Shown: positions 49,313-63,428, counted from the first letter of the stretch. The stretch: DNA of 64,000 bases from Paraspadella gotoi (GCA_051294375.1 CM119267.1:23003486-23067485); one strand, 5' to 3'. Notes: a model not told the origin generated them from the sequence alone. Numbers and translations are program-made.

Positions 49313-50209
49313 TGTTTATTATTAAAAAATTCGGTTTAGTTGTTACATTTTGACATTTACATGACGTAAAATTTTTACGAATATCGAATGAGTTTTTTAA
49401 AACTTATTCATATTCAAATTAAACATTTAGTTTCAATAAAAACTAGCCAAAGATATCATTAACTTACATCAAAAGTCAGTCGGTCCAATAAAATCGCAAA
49501 GTTATCGAGAAATTACTAATTTCAGATCGGATTACAGATGACCGTGCCAAGAGCGATGATCTTCCTTTGGTGAATTAAAATGGCGAAAACCTCACACTTA
49601 ATAATGTTTATCCAGAATCGTCGGGACTAATAGTGAACATTTTTCTTTCTCTCGCTCTCTCTCTCTCTCTTTCTGGATTAGTCTCTGTGTGGTCATTTTC
49701 AATTTCTTTTAACTCAGAACAAGCTTTTTTTTATTAAAAACTTGGCTTTGCTATCTTTTACATTCTGTTCTGCTCGTTGAAATGAAACAATCAAACTTTT
49801 AAAACAGTTACTGGAGGTTAAAAAAACTTAGTTTCATTCCAGTAGAACCAGAGACCGTTTTGTGGCCCTTACGAATAATAATTTTAAAGTTTGAGCTCGG
49901 TTGAAAGTTACGATGGCGGATAAAGATAGCTAGTTATTAACAAAACAATTTTAAAAATGTACAATTTAACTACTAAATTCGTTTTAAAGAAAGTAATAGA
50001 TTATTTTAAAGATTTGTAGAATTTCCCATCGATAGTCGACTTAGTCGCACACTCTGTCAAAAAAGGGAAAAAAAGATTATGAAGAGTAACGTAGACATTT
50101 TCGATCCTATTAAGACGACGTAAGAGAAAACCGCGTTTAGCGAATCGATCTATCGATGGAAAGAGTTAACTGATTCTCTGAGACAGAAGAGACGCTTAAT
50201 CTCAAGAGG

Positions 50210-50734
50210 ATGTTGAAGACGAGAGCCTTCCGCGGACCTCTTCGACTTTCGCCACCGTCCCTTCAGCGTATGATGAAGACGTCGATGGCTTTTAAAAATA
50301 TCAACGGCGAAATCGCGGCGATGTCGTCGCTTCGCCACGACCCATGTCCACCTCTTCGGCGCCGAGACTCCGCGACCAACCGCTTCGTTCACACTGACAT
50401 CCCGATGCCCGACTTCACAGCCTATAGACGCGACTCCACTAAAGACCCTCATAAGCCGAACAGGGCTACAGAGGCCCAAAGGAAAACATTTAGCTACGCC
50501 TTCACGATGGGTCGGTCGATTTTTCGGTTGGTTAGTCCGTCTGTCGTTCGGTTCGTCGGTCTCTCTTTTACGGCAGTTAGGGCCAGCTTTTTCGCGCTTC
50601 AATTGTGGGGTTTGAATAGGGTCCTCTGTAATTCAAAAAAAATAAAGTAATGAGAGGGGAAAGGCATTTATGTCCATTAAATTTAAAAGCTACGTTCTTC
50701 CCTTATCTCTTCGTCTCTCTCTCTCTCTCTCTCT

Positions 50735-50801
<67 letters not shown>

Positions 50802-52092
50802 CCGGCTTTCCAAATAAAGGTTTGAATAAATGAATTTGAAACGACCGTGCCATTTTGTTTTTCCCTTCTTATCCTCCAGGCGCCGCGATGGGCGGCATCT
50901 ACTGCGCCAAGAACGTGGCGCAGACGTTCGTCTTATCGTTGGCTGCGTCGGCCGACGTGATGGCGTTGGCGCAGATCGAGATCAAGCTGGACGAGATCCC
51001 TGAAGGAAAATGCATGACCTTCAAGCTGAGAGGGAAGCCGCTTTTCGTTAAGCATCGGACGGACGCGGAGATCGAGAAAGGTTGTTAGGCGTGGCCGGTG
51101 AACGTGGCCAGTGGGCGTGGCCGGTGGGCGTGGCCGGTGGGCGTGACCGTCGAAATTATGTTTTTTGAGATTAGACTCGGGGAGAAATTACCAAAAATGG
51201 AATACGGCTCTCTTATTGGTCAAGAGCCAGATGGAATGGACCAATAGGCGGATGGGCTTCCTTCCGCCTGTAAATTCTACCCACGTCTCCGATCCACTTG
51301 TCTTGTATAAATTGAATTGTCTGTTTTGCTACAAATAAATTCCACTGAAATCCCTGTCTTCTTACTTAAATGTTGTGGCAGCGGTGAGATTCGAACCCAC
51401 GCCTCCGAAGAGACTGGTGCCTCAAACTTTGATTAAATCCAGTCACTTGCCAGTCCCGGAAGAAAATTCTATTTAAAAATAAAAGAAGATTTTAAATATA
51501 AATTTATTGATGGGAATTTAAAAGTAGCCCCCCCCCAAAAAAAAAAGTTTCGGCTGATAAATACTTTTCGAAACATATTCTATTGTCGTCTTGAGTCGTA
51601 ATTTACAATAATATTTAATCAATTATTCATATCATCTTCTCCCCGAAACAGAAGAAGAAACGGATCTCTCCCAATTGCGAGATCCACAAAAAGACTCTGA
51701 CAGAATCAAAGACCCCAAATTCCTAATAGTCATCGGGATTTGCACGCATCTAGGTACTTCCAAGCGCGTGCGTGCGTGCGTGCGTGCGTGCGAACATTTT
51801 AGCTTAGATTTGTTGGGAAGGGTTTTGATATGATAGTTCTACGTTTAAATCCTCAGACCGATCCGAGTTAATTTTTTCACTTGTACAACTTGCGCTTATT
51901 ATTTTTTTTCTTCTATCCCCCTCGCCAGGCTGCGTTCCCATTCCCAACGCTGGTAACTACCCCGGGGGCTTCTTCTGCCCCTGTCACGGGTCCCACTACG
52001 ACGGCTCGGGAAGGACCAGGAAGGGTCCCGCCCCTCTCAATCTGGAAGTCCCACATTACTTGATAAAGGACAACGTCGCTATCGTCGGCTGA
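50210..52092 (+). CDS. UQCRFS1: Cytochrome b-c1 complex Rieske iron-sulfur subunit, mitochondrial (~255 aa)
   Basis: Exons 50210-50510, 50880-51080, 51652-51753, 51929-52092. Arg-rich transit peptide, [23 protein letters not shown], and 2Fe-2S boxes CTHLGCVP and CPCHGSHYD followed by [10 protein letters not shown]. Confidence 0.97.
51087..51149. repeat. 13-mer tandem repeat (ggcgtggccggtg) at the start of UQCRFS1 intron 2
   Basis: Four to five near-perfect copies. Confidence 0.8.
51376..51427 (-). pseudogene. 3' half of a tRNA-Leu (pseudo-tRNA) in UQCRFS1 intron 2
   Basis: Reverse complement GTTTGAGGCACCAGTCTCTTCGGAGGCGTGGGTTCGAATCTCACCGCTGCCA matches the anticodon loop, variable arm, T-arm and acceptor strand of animal tRNA-Leu. 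The D-arm and 5' strand are missing. Confidence 0.8.
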
Positions 52093-52904
52093 TAGAGCGA
52101 TGGACAAAAGAGCAATGGATGTCACTGATGAATTGTAACTTTAGGAATTTATGTATACTGTTGAACATTTAAAGAAAAGAATCGATTTTTTTTTCTTTTT
52201 TTGTTAAGTTTGGTTTTAAATATTTTTGTGTTTTTCTAGTATATATATGTTTATTTGTTTATATTAATGTGCTTCAAGAATATAAGAAATGGTTGAATGT
52301 CTAGTTACCTATAAATTATAGGTAACTCGACATTATAGTATAATATTTGTTTTGAAGAGACAGTAATTATTGTGAAAGCTCTTATTTAAATCCGTTCATT
52401 GTCTAACTTTAAGTATACAAACATTTTTTGGTTAATAACAAGAACCGAACAAAAATCCTAATACTAAATACTAACTTTTCTCTCTATACCGTGTAGTGTG
52501 TAGCTATTTGCAGATCTTAGAAAAAGACCCTTTTGTTATGAAAACGTGTAAATTTCTCGCCAGAGGGACGAGAGTTCGATATGCAAATGAGAGATAGATC
52601 CGAAAATAACTTTGGGAAGGGGAAGTGGATAAAACGGAGGGAGACAGAGAGCGAGCGCGATTGAAAATGGGGCAGATATGGTCGGCGTACAGAAAATGAG
52701 AACGAGTGGTTGAAAGGTGGTTGTGGTTGTGGAAGAGAGATCGAAATTAGAGGATCTCGATAATAACGATACCGTGCGGAGTAGTTGGCGCATGCGCGGG
52801 TGATGAAGGCTATGAAGGGGAGGATAAAATGCACGAGCGAATGCACGGATCGAACCGAAGCACGATCGAGATTAGAGAGAAAGAGAGAGAGGGAGGGAGG
52901 GAGG

Positions 52905-52981
<77 letters not shown>

Positions 52982-53404
52982 AGCTAAGGAGAATTTGGGA
53001 GTTGGAGTGAAAAACGTGGGTGGGTGGGGGTCGAAGAGTAAGAGAAGAAAAATCCGAAGAAACATACTTTTGGAGTTAAGGTTATTGTAGTTGTTGTCGT
53101 TGTTGTGGTTATCAATATACTTAAACCGATGGTATATACCTAAAGTCAATTTAATTAGTATCACTGATCATTGAGATGATTCTTTTACCTAAAATTGGAA
53201 ATTTGTAAATCTGGCAATATTTTTTCTTTGATTTTTTAAGAATTTTGAATTTGACTGTCAGTTTTGAAGAATTCAGTTACCCTATCTTCAAAAACTGTAC
53301 ATAACTGAAAGAAATTGACAGTTTTTACTGAAATTCGTTCATTGCTTCTCGTTTCGCGCAACAACGTTCGAGCGCGAGCCAAGCCAGGGGTTATAGTTTT
53401 TTTT

Positions 53405-53504
<100 letters not shown>

Positions 53505-54660
53505 TTCCTTTCAAAAACGAAGACCCCTGCAACGACGTTGATCCACGCGCGGCTCGTCGGAGGTTGGCTTGAAGAGGCGTTGGATGCTACGTCCACCATT
53601 CCAGCCTTTCGACCCGAGGAATCAAAGAACACGGGGGCCAAGCGTAACATCAAAACCAACAAAATTAGGGGTGAGTTTTTTATATATGAGTGATTTAAAT
53701 AAATTTAAACAAAAACACTGACGTTATAGACATTGAAATATATAAAATAGAACAATCGATTTGAGAATTACATCAGAACGGAAATACTATTTAATCAAAT
53801 CGGGTGTCTATTAAGGTAAATATTAAAACAGAGCTGGGGAAAAAAAGAAAATTCTTAATTTGTTAAAGTAACGAGATCGCCGTTTTTTATATTATTATAT
53901 TCTTATATTATTCTCAAAAACGATTGAAGTAACGATATTATAATATCAATTATTTGAATTTTTATGACCTATCTAAGGTGACATAAAAGTTTTATAAAAA
54001 ACTGACAATAAAATAAATTCTTAACGAAGAACCACTTTAAAAAAATAAATCATTGTATTCATTCCTCGGCTATTTTTATTTATTTATTTATTGAAAATAA
54101 TCTTTAGCTTTAAATCTAAATATTAAGCGCGAGCTGAAATCCTGTTTTCACTTTTCATATTTCTAGGGATTGTCTCGTCTTTATCTTCGTTAATAATTTA
54201 CACTTTTAATATACTTTTAATATACTTTTAATTCTACTTTTATACTTTTATATCTGTTCCCTTTCAGCTTCTGCTTCTCGTCAATTCGCGTCTGGTTTTT
54301 CCTTCCGGTTTTTATTCGTAACTTTTTTTTGTCAGATTTTTTTTATCTTCCCTCTCTGGCGTTTTATACATCAAAAATTTCTCCGTACTTATTATTAAAT
54401 TATTACTTATTACTACTTATTATTAAATTCACTCTATTGTTCGCTCGTTATTTTTTGCAATGTTAGATCGTATAAGCTTTCTTTTCTATTTCTCATTTTT
54501 TTCTTTCGCGTCCGCCGGCCTGAAAATGCCAATGAATTTTGCAATATATTTTTAATCATTCAATCCTTTCGTTTTAATTTCTTCTTTCTTTGCTGTCGGC
54601 GTCGTTGTCGTTCTTGCTGACGTGGGCGAATGGAGGATTTGGGTTGAGAGATCGAACGGC

Positions 54661-54777
<117 letters not shown>

Positions 54778-54970
54778 ACCATCTCAATCACCTTCGAATC
54801 ATAACAAATTTTCAAAGAAACTGTTTTATAAATTCTAAAATGTTAAATTCAAATTTACAAATTAAATTCTCAACGATTCCCTTTTGTTTTTTGGTCTTCG
54901 CAGAAACGCCCTCGGTGAAGCTTGGAGCAACTGTGTTTTTTAAGATTGTAACCCCCACCCAACAGTCAAC

Positions 54971-57900
54971 ATGAGGGAAGAATATGACGTAAGTAATTTT
55001 CGTATCTAGGTAGGGATATTTAGAATATATACAATAATATTTAGTGATAACACGAAAATTATTAAACACTATATACTTCATACATACTACTCTGTTTCCA
55101 GAAGACAACACTAGCATCCCTCCCCCATTACATTATCAAATTTTAAATTTAATACTTAAAGACAGTTTGAGTTTAGTTTTGACAACGATTTTATTTAATT
55201 CAAAAACAGACATGTTTCGGCTTCATTTCAATGAAGCCGAAACATGTCTGTTTTTGAATTAAATAAAATCGTTGTCAAAACTAAACTCAAACTGTCTCTA
55301 ATCGTCCCAAACAACGAAAAGAAAGGATTTATATCACAATTTAATACTTATATAAAATGTATTAAACTGTTTATATTAATTTTGGAATTAATCTATAAAA
55401 ACAATATTACTGAAATAATTATAATATAGTCTTATAAGTAATTTTGCCATTTCTCTTAAAGAATCATACTTTTGACTATTAATCTTTCGTTCTCAAATAG
55501 CTCATAATTGTCGCAATTATTTTTTTTAATATTTAACCATATTTTTTGTGAAATGCCTCTCACAGAAAGTCGTGGCCGAGTTGGCCGTCGTCAAGGAGTC
55601 CATCTGCAAGGGCGAAGAGCTCATCAAGGAATTGGAAAGCGTCAATGTGATCGCCCTGCAAGAGAAGAACGAGGTCTACCTCCAGTTGGAGGCCGAGAGA
55701 TCCGTCGGAGGAGATGCCGAGTCCAGGTTTGGAGAAGGAGGAAAGAAAAGGAATGAAAGGAGGAAAGGAGAAAAATGAAGGAAAGAAAAAAAAAAGTTAA
55801 AATTTAGGAAGAAGAACAATAAATATGATAAATATAATCGGAAAGAAAAAGCAAAAAGGGAATAAGAAATACAAATAAATAAAAAAACTAAATAAACCAA
55901 TAAACCAATTAACAAATAAATGATAAATCTGAAAAAAAATTAAATTGTGAAAACAAAATAAGATTTAAATAACTGAATATGTAAAGATAATAAGGAACAA
56001 AGAAAAAAAACCTAAACAAGAGAACAAACGAAACATGAGAATCAACGATTAATTTTCAATCAAACCCGCCTCCCCCAAGATTCCACGCCGTGATGGCGCA
56101 AAAGATCGACGTCGAGTCGACGCTGAAGGATGTGGAGGAGCGCCTCATGGACGAGGAGGACGCCAACGCCTCTCTCGGCGCGCAGAAGAAGAAGTTCCAA
56201 CAGGAGGCGCACGAGTTGAAGAAGGACATCGAGGATCTGGAGAGGTGAGGGGGGGAAGGGTGGGACCGGGTAGGTGGTGGAATTTGGTGGTGGATAATTA
56301 TATTTATTTATTTATTCGAAACAGTTTCGCTGAAATTAGTTGCCTTTGAAATTAGTAGAGTATTGTCATTAAACGAGTTAATATATACTATTTATTTATT
56401 TACTCATTTACAAATAAACTCGTTGTTAGTACACAGTTTTAATCATTTGTCTACTTAGCTATGATTTTATGATTTATGAACTTATAGTATGAAATTCCAA
56501 TTCCTCGTCTTTAATCTATATTTCAATTAAAAAGTTTAGAACATAAGCAAGTTTTAACTGTAACTTGGAATTCTTTCAGGTCTCTTGCCAAGGCCGAGCA
56601 GGAGAAGAACGCCAAGGAGCACCAGATCAAGACCCTCCAGGATGAGATGGCGCAGCAGGACGAGCTGATTGCCAAACTCACCCGTGAGAAGAAGAAGATG
56701 GAGGAGAGCAACAGGGTAAGGAAATTAGTTGATTTCGCCGTCTTTACTCGTCGTCGTAATCGATTAAGAGGCATTTTTATTAATTTTTATTAATTTTTTA
56801 ACCAAAAAAAACATTTATATTTTTCTTCAGCAACGATAAATATTAAACATCGTTTTTTAAGAAAGATATAAATCGTTTTTTGTTAAAAATTACTAAAAAA
56901 TAAATAAATAAATAAATAAATAACGGTAAGAATGAAACAATACACAATATTATGAATTTCGGAATTCAATTTTTATCAACATTGAATCCTCTTCTGCAGA
57001 AAGCCGCCGACGATCTCCAGGCCGAGGAGGACAAGGTCAACCACTTGTCCAAGGTCAAGGCCAAGCTCGAGACCACCCTCGACGAGCTCGAGGACAACCT
57101 TGAGCGGGAGAAGAAGGCGCGCTCTGACCTCGACAAAGTCAAGAGGAAGTTGGAGACCGAGTTGAAGCAGACCATGGCCTCCGTCGACGACTTGGAGCGC
57201 ATCAAGAGGGACATGGAGGAGGCCACCAAGAGGAAGGACCTCGAGTACGGCACCCTCGTCTCCAAGTTCGAAGACGAGCAGGCTACCCTCAACCAGGCGG
57301 GCAAGAAGATCAAGGAGCTGGCCGCTCGCATTGAAGAGATTGAGGAGGAGCTCGAGGCCGAGCGCCAAGCCCGCGCCAAGGTCGAGAAGCAGCGCTCAGA
57401 TCTGGCTCGCGAGCTCGACGAGCTCACCGAGCGCTTGGACGAGGCCGGAGGCGCCACCGCCGCTCAGATCGAGCTCAACAAGAAGCGCGAGCAAGAGTTG
57501 GCTCGTCTGCGCCGCGATCTCGAGGAGGCTAACCTCAACCAGGAAGCCACCGCCGCTGCTCTTCGCAAGAAGCACCAGGATGCCGTCGGCGAGATGGGAG
57601 ATCAGATTGATCAACTGCAGAAGCTCAAGAACAACCTGGAGAAGGAGAAGCAGGGTCTGTCCCGTGAGCTGCTTGACCTCACCCAACAACACGACGGTGT
57701 TGTCAAGGCCAAGGCTGCCGCCGAGAAGCTGTCCAAGCAGCTTGAGCTCCAACTCACTGACTGCTCTGTCAAGATTGAGGAGCATGCCCGCAGCATCACT
57801 GAGCTGACCTCCACCAAGCAGCGCCTCCAGGCTGAGAATGGTGAGCTCCTCCGCCAATTGGAGGATGCTGAGCATCAGATTGGAGCCCTCTCCAAGCTGA

Positions 57901-60900
57901 GACAGCAGCTCGGTCACCAACTTGAGGACACCAAGCGTGCTCTTGAAGAAGAGAGCCGTGCCAAGACCGCTCTTGCGTCTGCTTTCAAGAATGCTCAGGC
58001 TGATCTCGATGCAGTCAAGGAAACCCTTGAAGAGGAGGTCGAATCCAAGGCTGAGATGCAGAGAGCCCTCTCCAAGGCCACCACTGAGGCTCAAATGTGG
58101 CGCACCAAGTACGAGCAGGAGGGCATTGCCCGTGCTGAGGAACTTGAGGAGGCTAAGCGCAAGCTGACTGCCAAGCTGGCTGAGGCCGAGGAACAGATTG
58201 AGCAAGCTCTTGGCAAATGCGCTTCTCTTGAGAAGACCAAGAACCGTCTTGCCTGCGAGGTTGAGGATCTCATGATTGACGTCGAGCGCGCCAACGCCAA
58301 CGCCGCTGCCATGGAGAAGAAGCAGCGCCAGTTTGACAAGTTGATCTCCGAGTGGAAACAGAAGTGCGAAGATCTTACTGCTGAGTTGGTTACCAGCCAG
58401 AGCGAGGCCAAGACCTACTCCACCGAGCTCTTCAAGCTGAAGACCCAGTATGAGGAGTCCCAGGAGCACATTGAGGCTCTCAAGCGCGAGAACAAACTTC
58501 TTGCCGATGAGATCCATGACCTCACTGATCAGCTTGGTGAGGGAGGTAAGTCCGTGCATGAGCTTGACAAGGCTCGTCGCCGTCTTGAGATGGAGAAGGA
58601 AGAGCTCCAAGCTGCTCTTGAGGAGGCTGAGTCTGCTCTTGAGCAAGAGGAGGCCAAGGTTGTCCGCGCTCAGCTTGAGCTCTCTCAGATCCGCCAGGAG
58701 ATTGACCGCCGTCTTGCTGAAAAGGAAGAAGAGTTTGAGAACACCCGCAAGAACCATGCCCGTGCCCTGGAATCCATGCAAGCTTCTCTTGAGGCTGAGA
58801 CCAAGGCCAAGCAGGAGGCCCTCAGGATGAAGAAGAAGCTTGAGGCTGATATCAATGAGCTCGAGGTTTCTTTGGACCACGCCAACCGCGCCAATGCTGA
58901 ATCTATGAAGCAGATCAAGAAATACTTGGCTCAGATCAAGGAGCTCCAGTCCTCTTTGGAGGAGGAACAACGCGCTCGTGAGGAGGCCCGTGAAGCTTAC
59001 AATATGTCTGAGCGCCGCTGCAACATGCTCACTTCTGAACTGGAAGAGATGCGCGTTGCTCTTGAAGCTTCTGACAGGGCGAAGAAGGCCGCTGAGGTTG
59101 AGCTCCATGATGCTGCTGAGCGCATCCAGGAACTCACTGGGCAGAATGCCATGCTCGCTGGTGCCAAGAGGAAGCTGGAGCAGGACCTCCAGGCCATGCA
59201 ATCCGACATGGACGACGCCATCACCGAGCTGAAGAACACCGAGGAGAAGGCCAAGAAGGCCGCCAGCGACGCCGCCAACCTGGCTGAAGAGCTCCGCCGC
59301 GAGCAGGAGCACGCCGTCCACGTCGACAGGCTCCGCAAGCAGCTCGAGGTTACCGTGGCCGAGCTCCAAGGCCGCTTGGATGAGGCCGAGGCCGCCGCTC
59401 TCAAGGGAGGCAAACGCATCATCGCTAAGCTCGAGACCCGCGTCCGCGAACTCGAGACGGAGCTTGATGCCGAGCAGCGCCGCCATCAGGAGACCGCCAA
59501 GAACCTCCGCAAGACCGACAGGAGGCTCAAGGAGCTCGCATTCCAGGTGGGTGGCTTTTTAGGGATTATTGAGATAGATATCATTTACTACTAGAAAGTA
59601 GACTTTTGTGAGAAAGTGAATAACATTACTTTAAATTAATTTTTTACTAACAATTAACAATCCCAGGCCGAGGAGGACCGCAAGAACATGGAGCGCATGC
59701 AGGATCTGGTCGAGAAGCTCCAGGCCAAGATCAAGACTTACAAGAGGCAGGTTGAGGAGGCAGAGGAGATCGCCGCCATGAACCTGGCCAAGTACCGCAA
59801 GGTGCAGCATGAGTTGGAGGACGCCGAGGAGCGCGCCGACGTCGCCGAGGGATCCTTGGGCAAAGTCCGTGCCAAGAACCGTTCCTCCGCCTCCGTGGGC
59901 CGCCTGTCCGAGGCGGTAAGTCATTTTTAACAAGATGTAATAGTCTAAAATATAGTTTTTGTTGAATTCATAAGTCAGAAGAACCGTATGAAATGATAAT
60001 TTACTGTAAAATTGAATAATGACATTTAGAAAGTGTCGCGCAGATCAGATTTAAAAAAAAACATATATATACTATATATATTATATTATATATAATATAT
60101 ATTATATATATATTATATAGCCTAAGGAAATTTCGTGAATGTTTCTTGTCTAGTGACCTAAATTGTTGAGATTGAGGGCTTACGTACGAAATAGAGGGAA
60201 TTTAAATCCAAATTGGTAACGCAAACAGGAGAGTAAAGGGATAAATAAAGGCATGAGCATTGAGCAATGAGCAATGAGCACTGAGCATTGAGCAATGAGC
60301 AATGAGCATTGAGCAGGTGTAGCTTTATATATTTTATTTAGTATGTCAAACCTCATCAATGATGAGTCATCATGTCAAGTAAATAACACCTGTTCAATGA
60401 ACATGAACATGAACACTGTTCATGTTCATGTGATGGTTTATTCCTGCATTTCAACATACCCTGATTTACTTCTTTGTGATCTTAAATAAAAATCTTGAAT
60501 CAGAATCTTAAATCGGAAAATTGAATCAGAATCTTGAATCGGAATCAACCCGCGCAAATTTTTTGTATTTGAATAGTAGCTTAATACCTATAACTTGGGT
60601 AGAGAAATGGAAACATGATTATACACTATCATTAATTATATCTATATATTAAGATGTGAAACTAAATAAGCACTGTTAATGATTAACTTATTAAACTGTT
60701 AAGAAACAAGAAAGTTTAACGAGTTAGTTCATAAACAAAACCAAAGCTGCCTACTGGTTTTATTCTTAAACATGTCAAAGAGGCATTAATTAATGTAAAA
60801 ATTACATTGTTAATCATTAACAGTGCCAGAGAGACCATAAATAATTATTGTAAATCCGATGAACAAAACTAATATTAAACTCGTTGAACTGAGCATCGTT

Positions 60901-61240
60901 TCATGTGATAAAAACAAATATATTTATTTAGAAAGGAGCAATATATTTTGGTTAACATCGATAAACCAAGCTTTGTCATTTTTCGTTTTTTCTCCCTTGA
61001 AACCAAATTAACTATAGTTAATCGATTTGATCGAAATTTTTAAAAAATATATTCGATTTTACCGAGAAAAAAAGAGAAAAATGAGATTGAGAAATTCATT
61101 CTTATTTACATATTATTGCTACAAAATCGTGACAATAATCTTGATATTTTTTTTTTTCATTGCATCCCTTCCAGCCCGAGGGAGCCGATCAACTGACCTA
61201 CATGCCCGGGCACTGCGTCTGCAACAGGGAACTCCTTTAA
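54971..61240 (+). CDS. Mhc: Myosin-II heavy-chain-like gene B: rod only, no motor and no intact IQ (~1113 aa)
   Basis: Exons 54971-54988 (MREEYD|gtaagt), 55566-55726, 56080-56244, 56580-56715, 57000-59546, 59667-59915, 61175-61240 ([21 protein letters not shown]). GT-AG, phase-compatible and colinear with gene A. Confidence 0.92.
55160..55297. repeat. Near-perfect palindrome (~68-bp arms, 2-nt loop) in intron 1 of myosin gene B; same family as the 49.1 kb hairpin
   Basis: agacagtttgagtttagttttgacaacgattttattt...cggcttcatt-tc-aatgaagccg...aaataaaatcgttgtcaaaactaaactcaaactgtct. Confidence 0.9.
60254..60315. repeat. 7-mer tandem repeat (tgagcaN)n in the last coding intron of gene B
   Basis: tgagcat tgagcaa tgagcaa tgagcac tgagcat... 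Confidence 0.85.
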
Positions 61241-63428
61241 GGTGGGTCACTTATTAATAGTCATCCGCTCTACGTTTATAACTATATATTTGTTGTATAA
61301 TTTATATATATATATTATTATATAATTTGATATTTTAGGCTCGAATTCGATGACGAAATCGAGATTTGTTAAGTTTCAATCGCGTTCTCACCCTCATAGT
61401 CGAAGCATATTGTCCAGGTGAGAATAACGGAAATTGTAAATATCATTGTTGATATTTATCATCGTTGCCGACCCTTTCGGCTATTAAGCAGAGATACTTA
61501 TTTCTGTCTCGTGATTGATTACTCAGTTCTTTCTCCTCAGTTTTTATCTAGAAACTTCGATCGTAATTCGTCTCTAAACGATGTCAATTTCGTCGTATTT
61601 TTGTTTTTTCGTTTTATCGTTCCTATAAAAAAAAATATAATTTTCCCTTCCAATTAGCAACAGAGTCCGAGGTCCGGTTTGAAATTTGAAAATAACTTGT
61701 GTTTTCCCTTTTGTTTTTCAGTTTCACCGAATCCCGACTCACTCATTCGCCCCCGTCGCGACGAAGTGGTCAAAGATGTGGAAATGATTCTAAACTGAAA
61801 TTATTTTTCATCTCATTTACAATATTTTTTTTCTATATAAATAAATTATTACCAAATTTCTAACTTTTTGATTCATTTCTTCATTGATTTTTTTTTTTAG
61901 CGAAACGAGCGGATACTTTTTATCAAACAAACAAAAAAAACAACAAAAGCTTGATCATCGATGCGTTTAATGTTTAACCAAAAAAAAACGGAAACAACTA
62001 ATTGATTACGTCTATTTGTATTGCGATTCATGTGGCTAATATTAATTGTGTTTGACTAGTCATGATTGTGTAATATTCTTTTTTTTCTCTTAATTTCTTT
62101 TCCTCTACTCCTAAATAGTCCAGCTAAAAAATAAAAACAGCTCCGACGACGTTTAACCGAAGCAGCGTTGCTCTTTTATTTCGATAAAAGAATTACGCGT
62201 TGTTTCAGTGAGCGTTCGTCGCGACATTTTCCGCGTTGTCGTCGGTTTTTCGAACTACGCCGTCCGTGGGAGATTACGACCGTGCATATAACTACAATAA
62301 TATCTACCTATATATGCTGTACGCTGCATCATTAATTTTATGATATTCCGAATTTTAAATTGATGAAATAAAATGTTCCATTGTTGAACTGTTTTTACTT
62401 TAATGAACATGAAACATTACACAACGAGATACAGATAGTTGATATATGTATTTACAAGCAACTCCGTGCAATTACATAATTTAAAATGAAAATCTATCTT
62501 AAAAAATCATCATTGGTTTTTAATTGAAACCCGTTTTGGTGACAACGTTGGTCTGCCTCCTTGAGCGAGAAATCCAGCCAAACAAGTTATCTCGACATCC
62601 AGGCCCGAAAAAACATAGGAAACAATAATTTCTGTCGCCACCGTATTGTCGCTAAAAATTCCAAGAAGAAATCCAAATAATAATTATTTTTTTGGGTAAG
62701 TTGCGAAAGTATAAAAATTGTTGTTAATTAAGTCCGCTTAATTTAATTGATAAATAAGGTCAAATATGCCAAATATGAAGGGAAAAGGCCGGATTATTAG
62801 CTTTATTCTATTGGTTGTGCAATGTGCATGCCGTTCTTTTTCGCCCCCGTTTTTTGTTGCATAAACTATAATGTTAACTATAAAGCTTAAAAACAAAATA
62901 AATTACGAAACAAACGTTGCCCCTTAGTAATTTTATAGTATTAACTCTTCCTACGAGAGAGGGTAAAATGCAAAATTCGGTGTGGGCGATTAATAATATG
63001 ATAAAGAAAAAAGCGAAAATAAAAAAAGAGAATTAAATCTCCCCGCGAAGATTTAATCTTTCAACTTTAGCGAAAAGATTTTTAAACAAAAAAAATCTCT
63101 TTTTTTTCTAAAGCTTTCATTTAAAAGTAAAAAAAAATAAGGGTTCAAAAATTCCCGAAATGAAAAAGAATATAATGCCCAAATAAACAAAGTACTTTTT
63201 AATCTTTTTAACAAAGTACTTTTTAATCTTTGGAACATACGTTGTTAAAAAATCCGATTTTATTAAGTTTAAGCGAAGTATATTCGTTAAAAGCTTCGCT
63301 TATAACCGAATAGAGTCAATAAATTGTGACAAAAAAGATATCGTTGAATAACTATTGTTATTATTTCCAATAATAGTATCAATCAGTACCGAATTATCTT
63401 AAGTACTGACAGTAATTCCCCAATTAAA

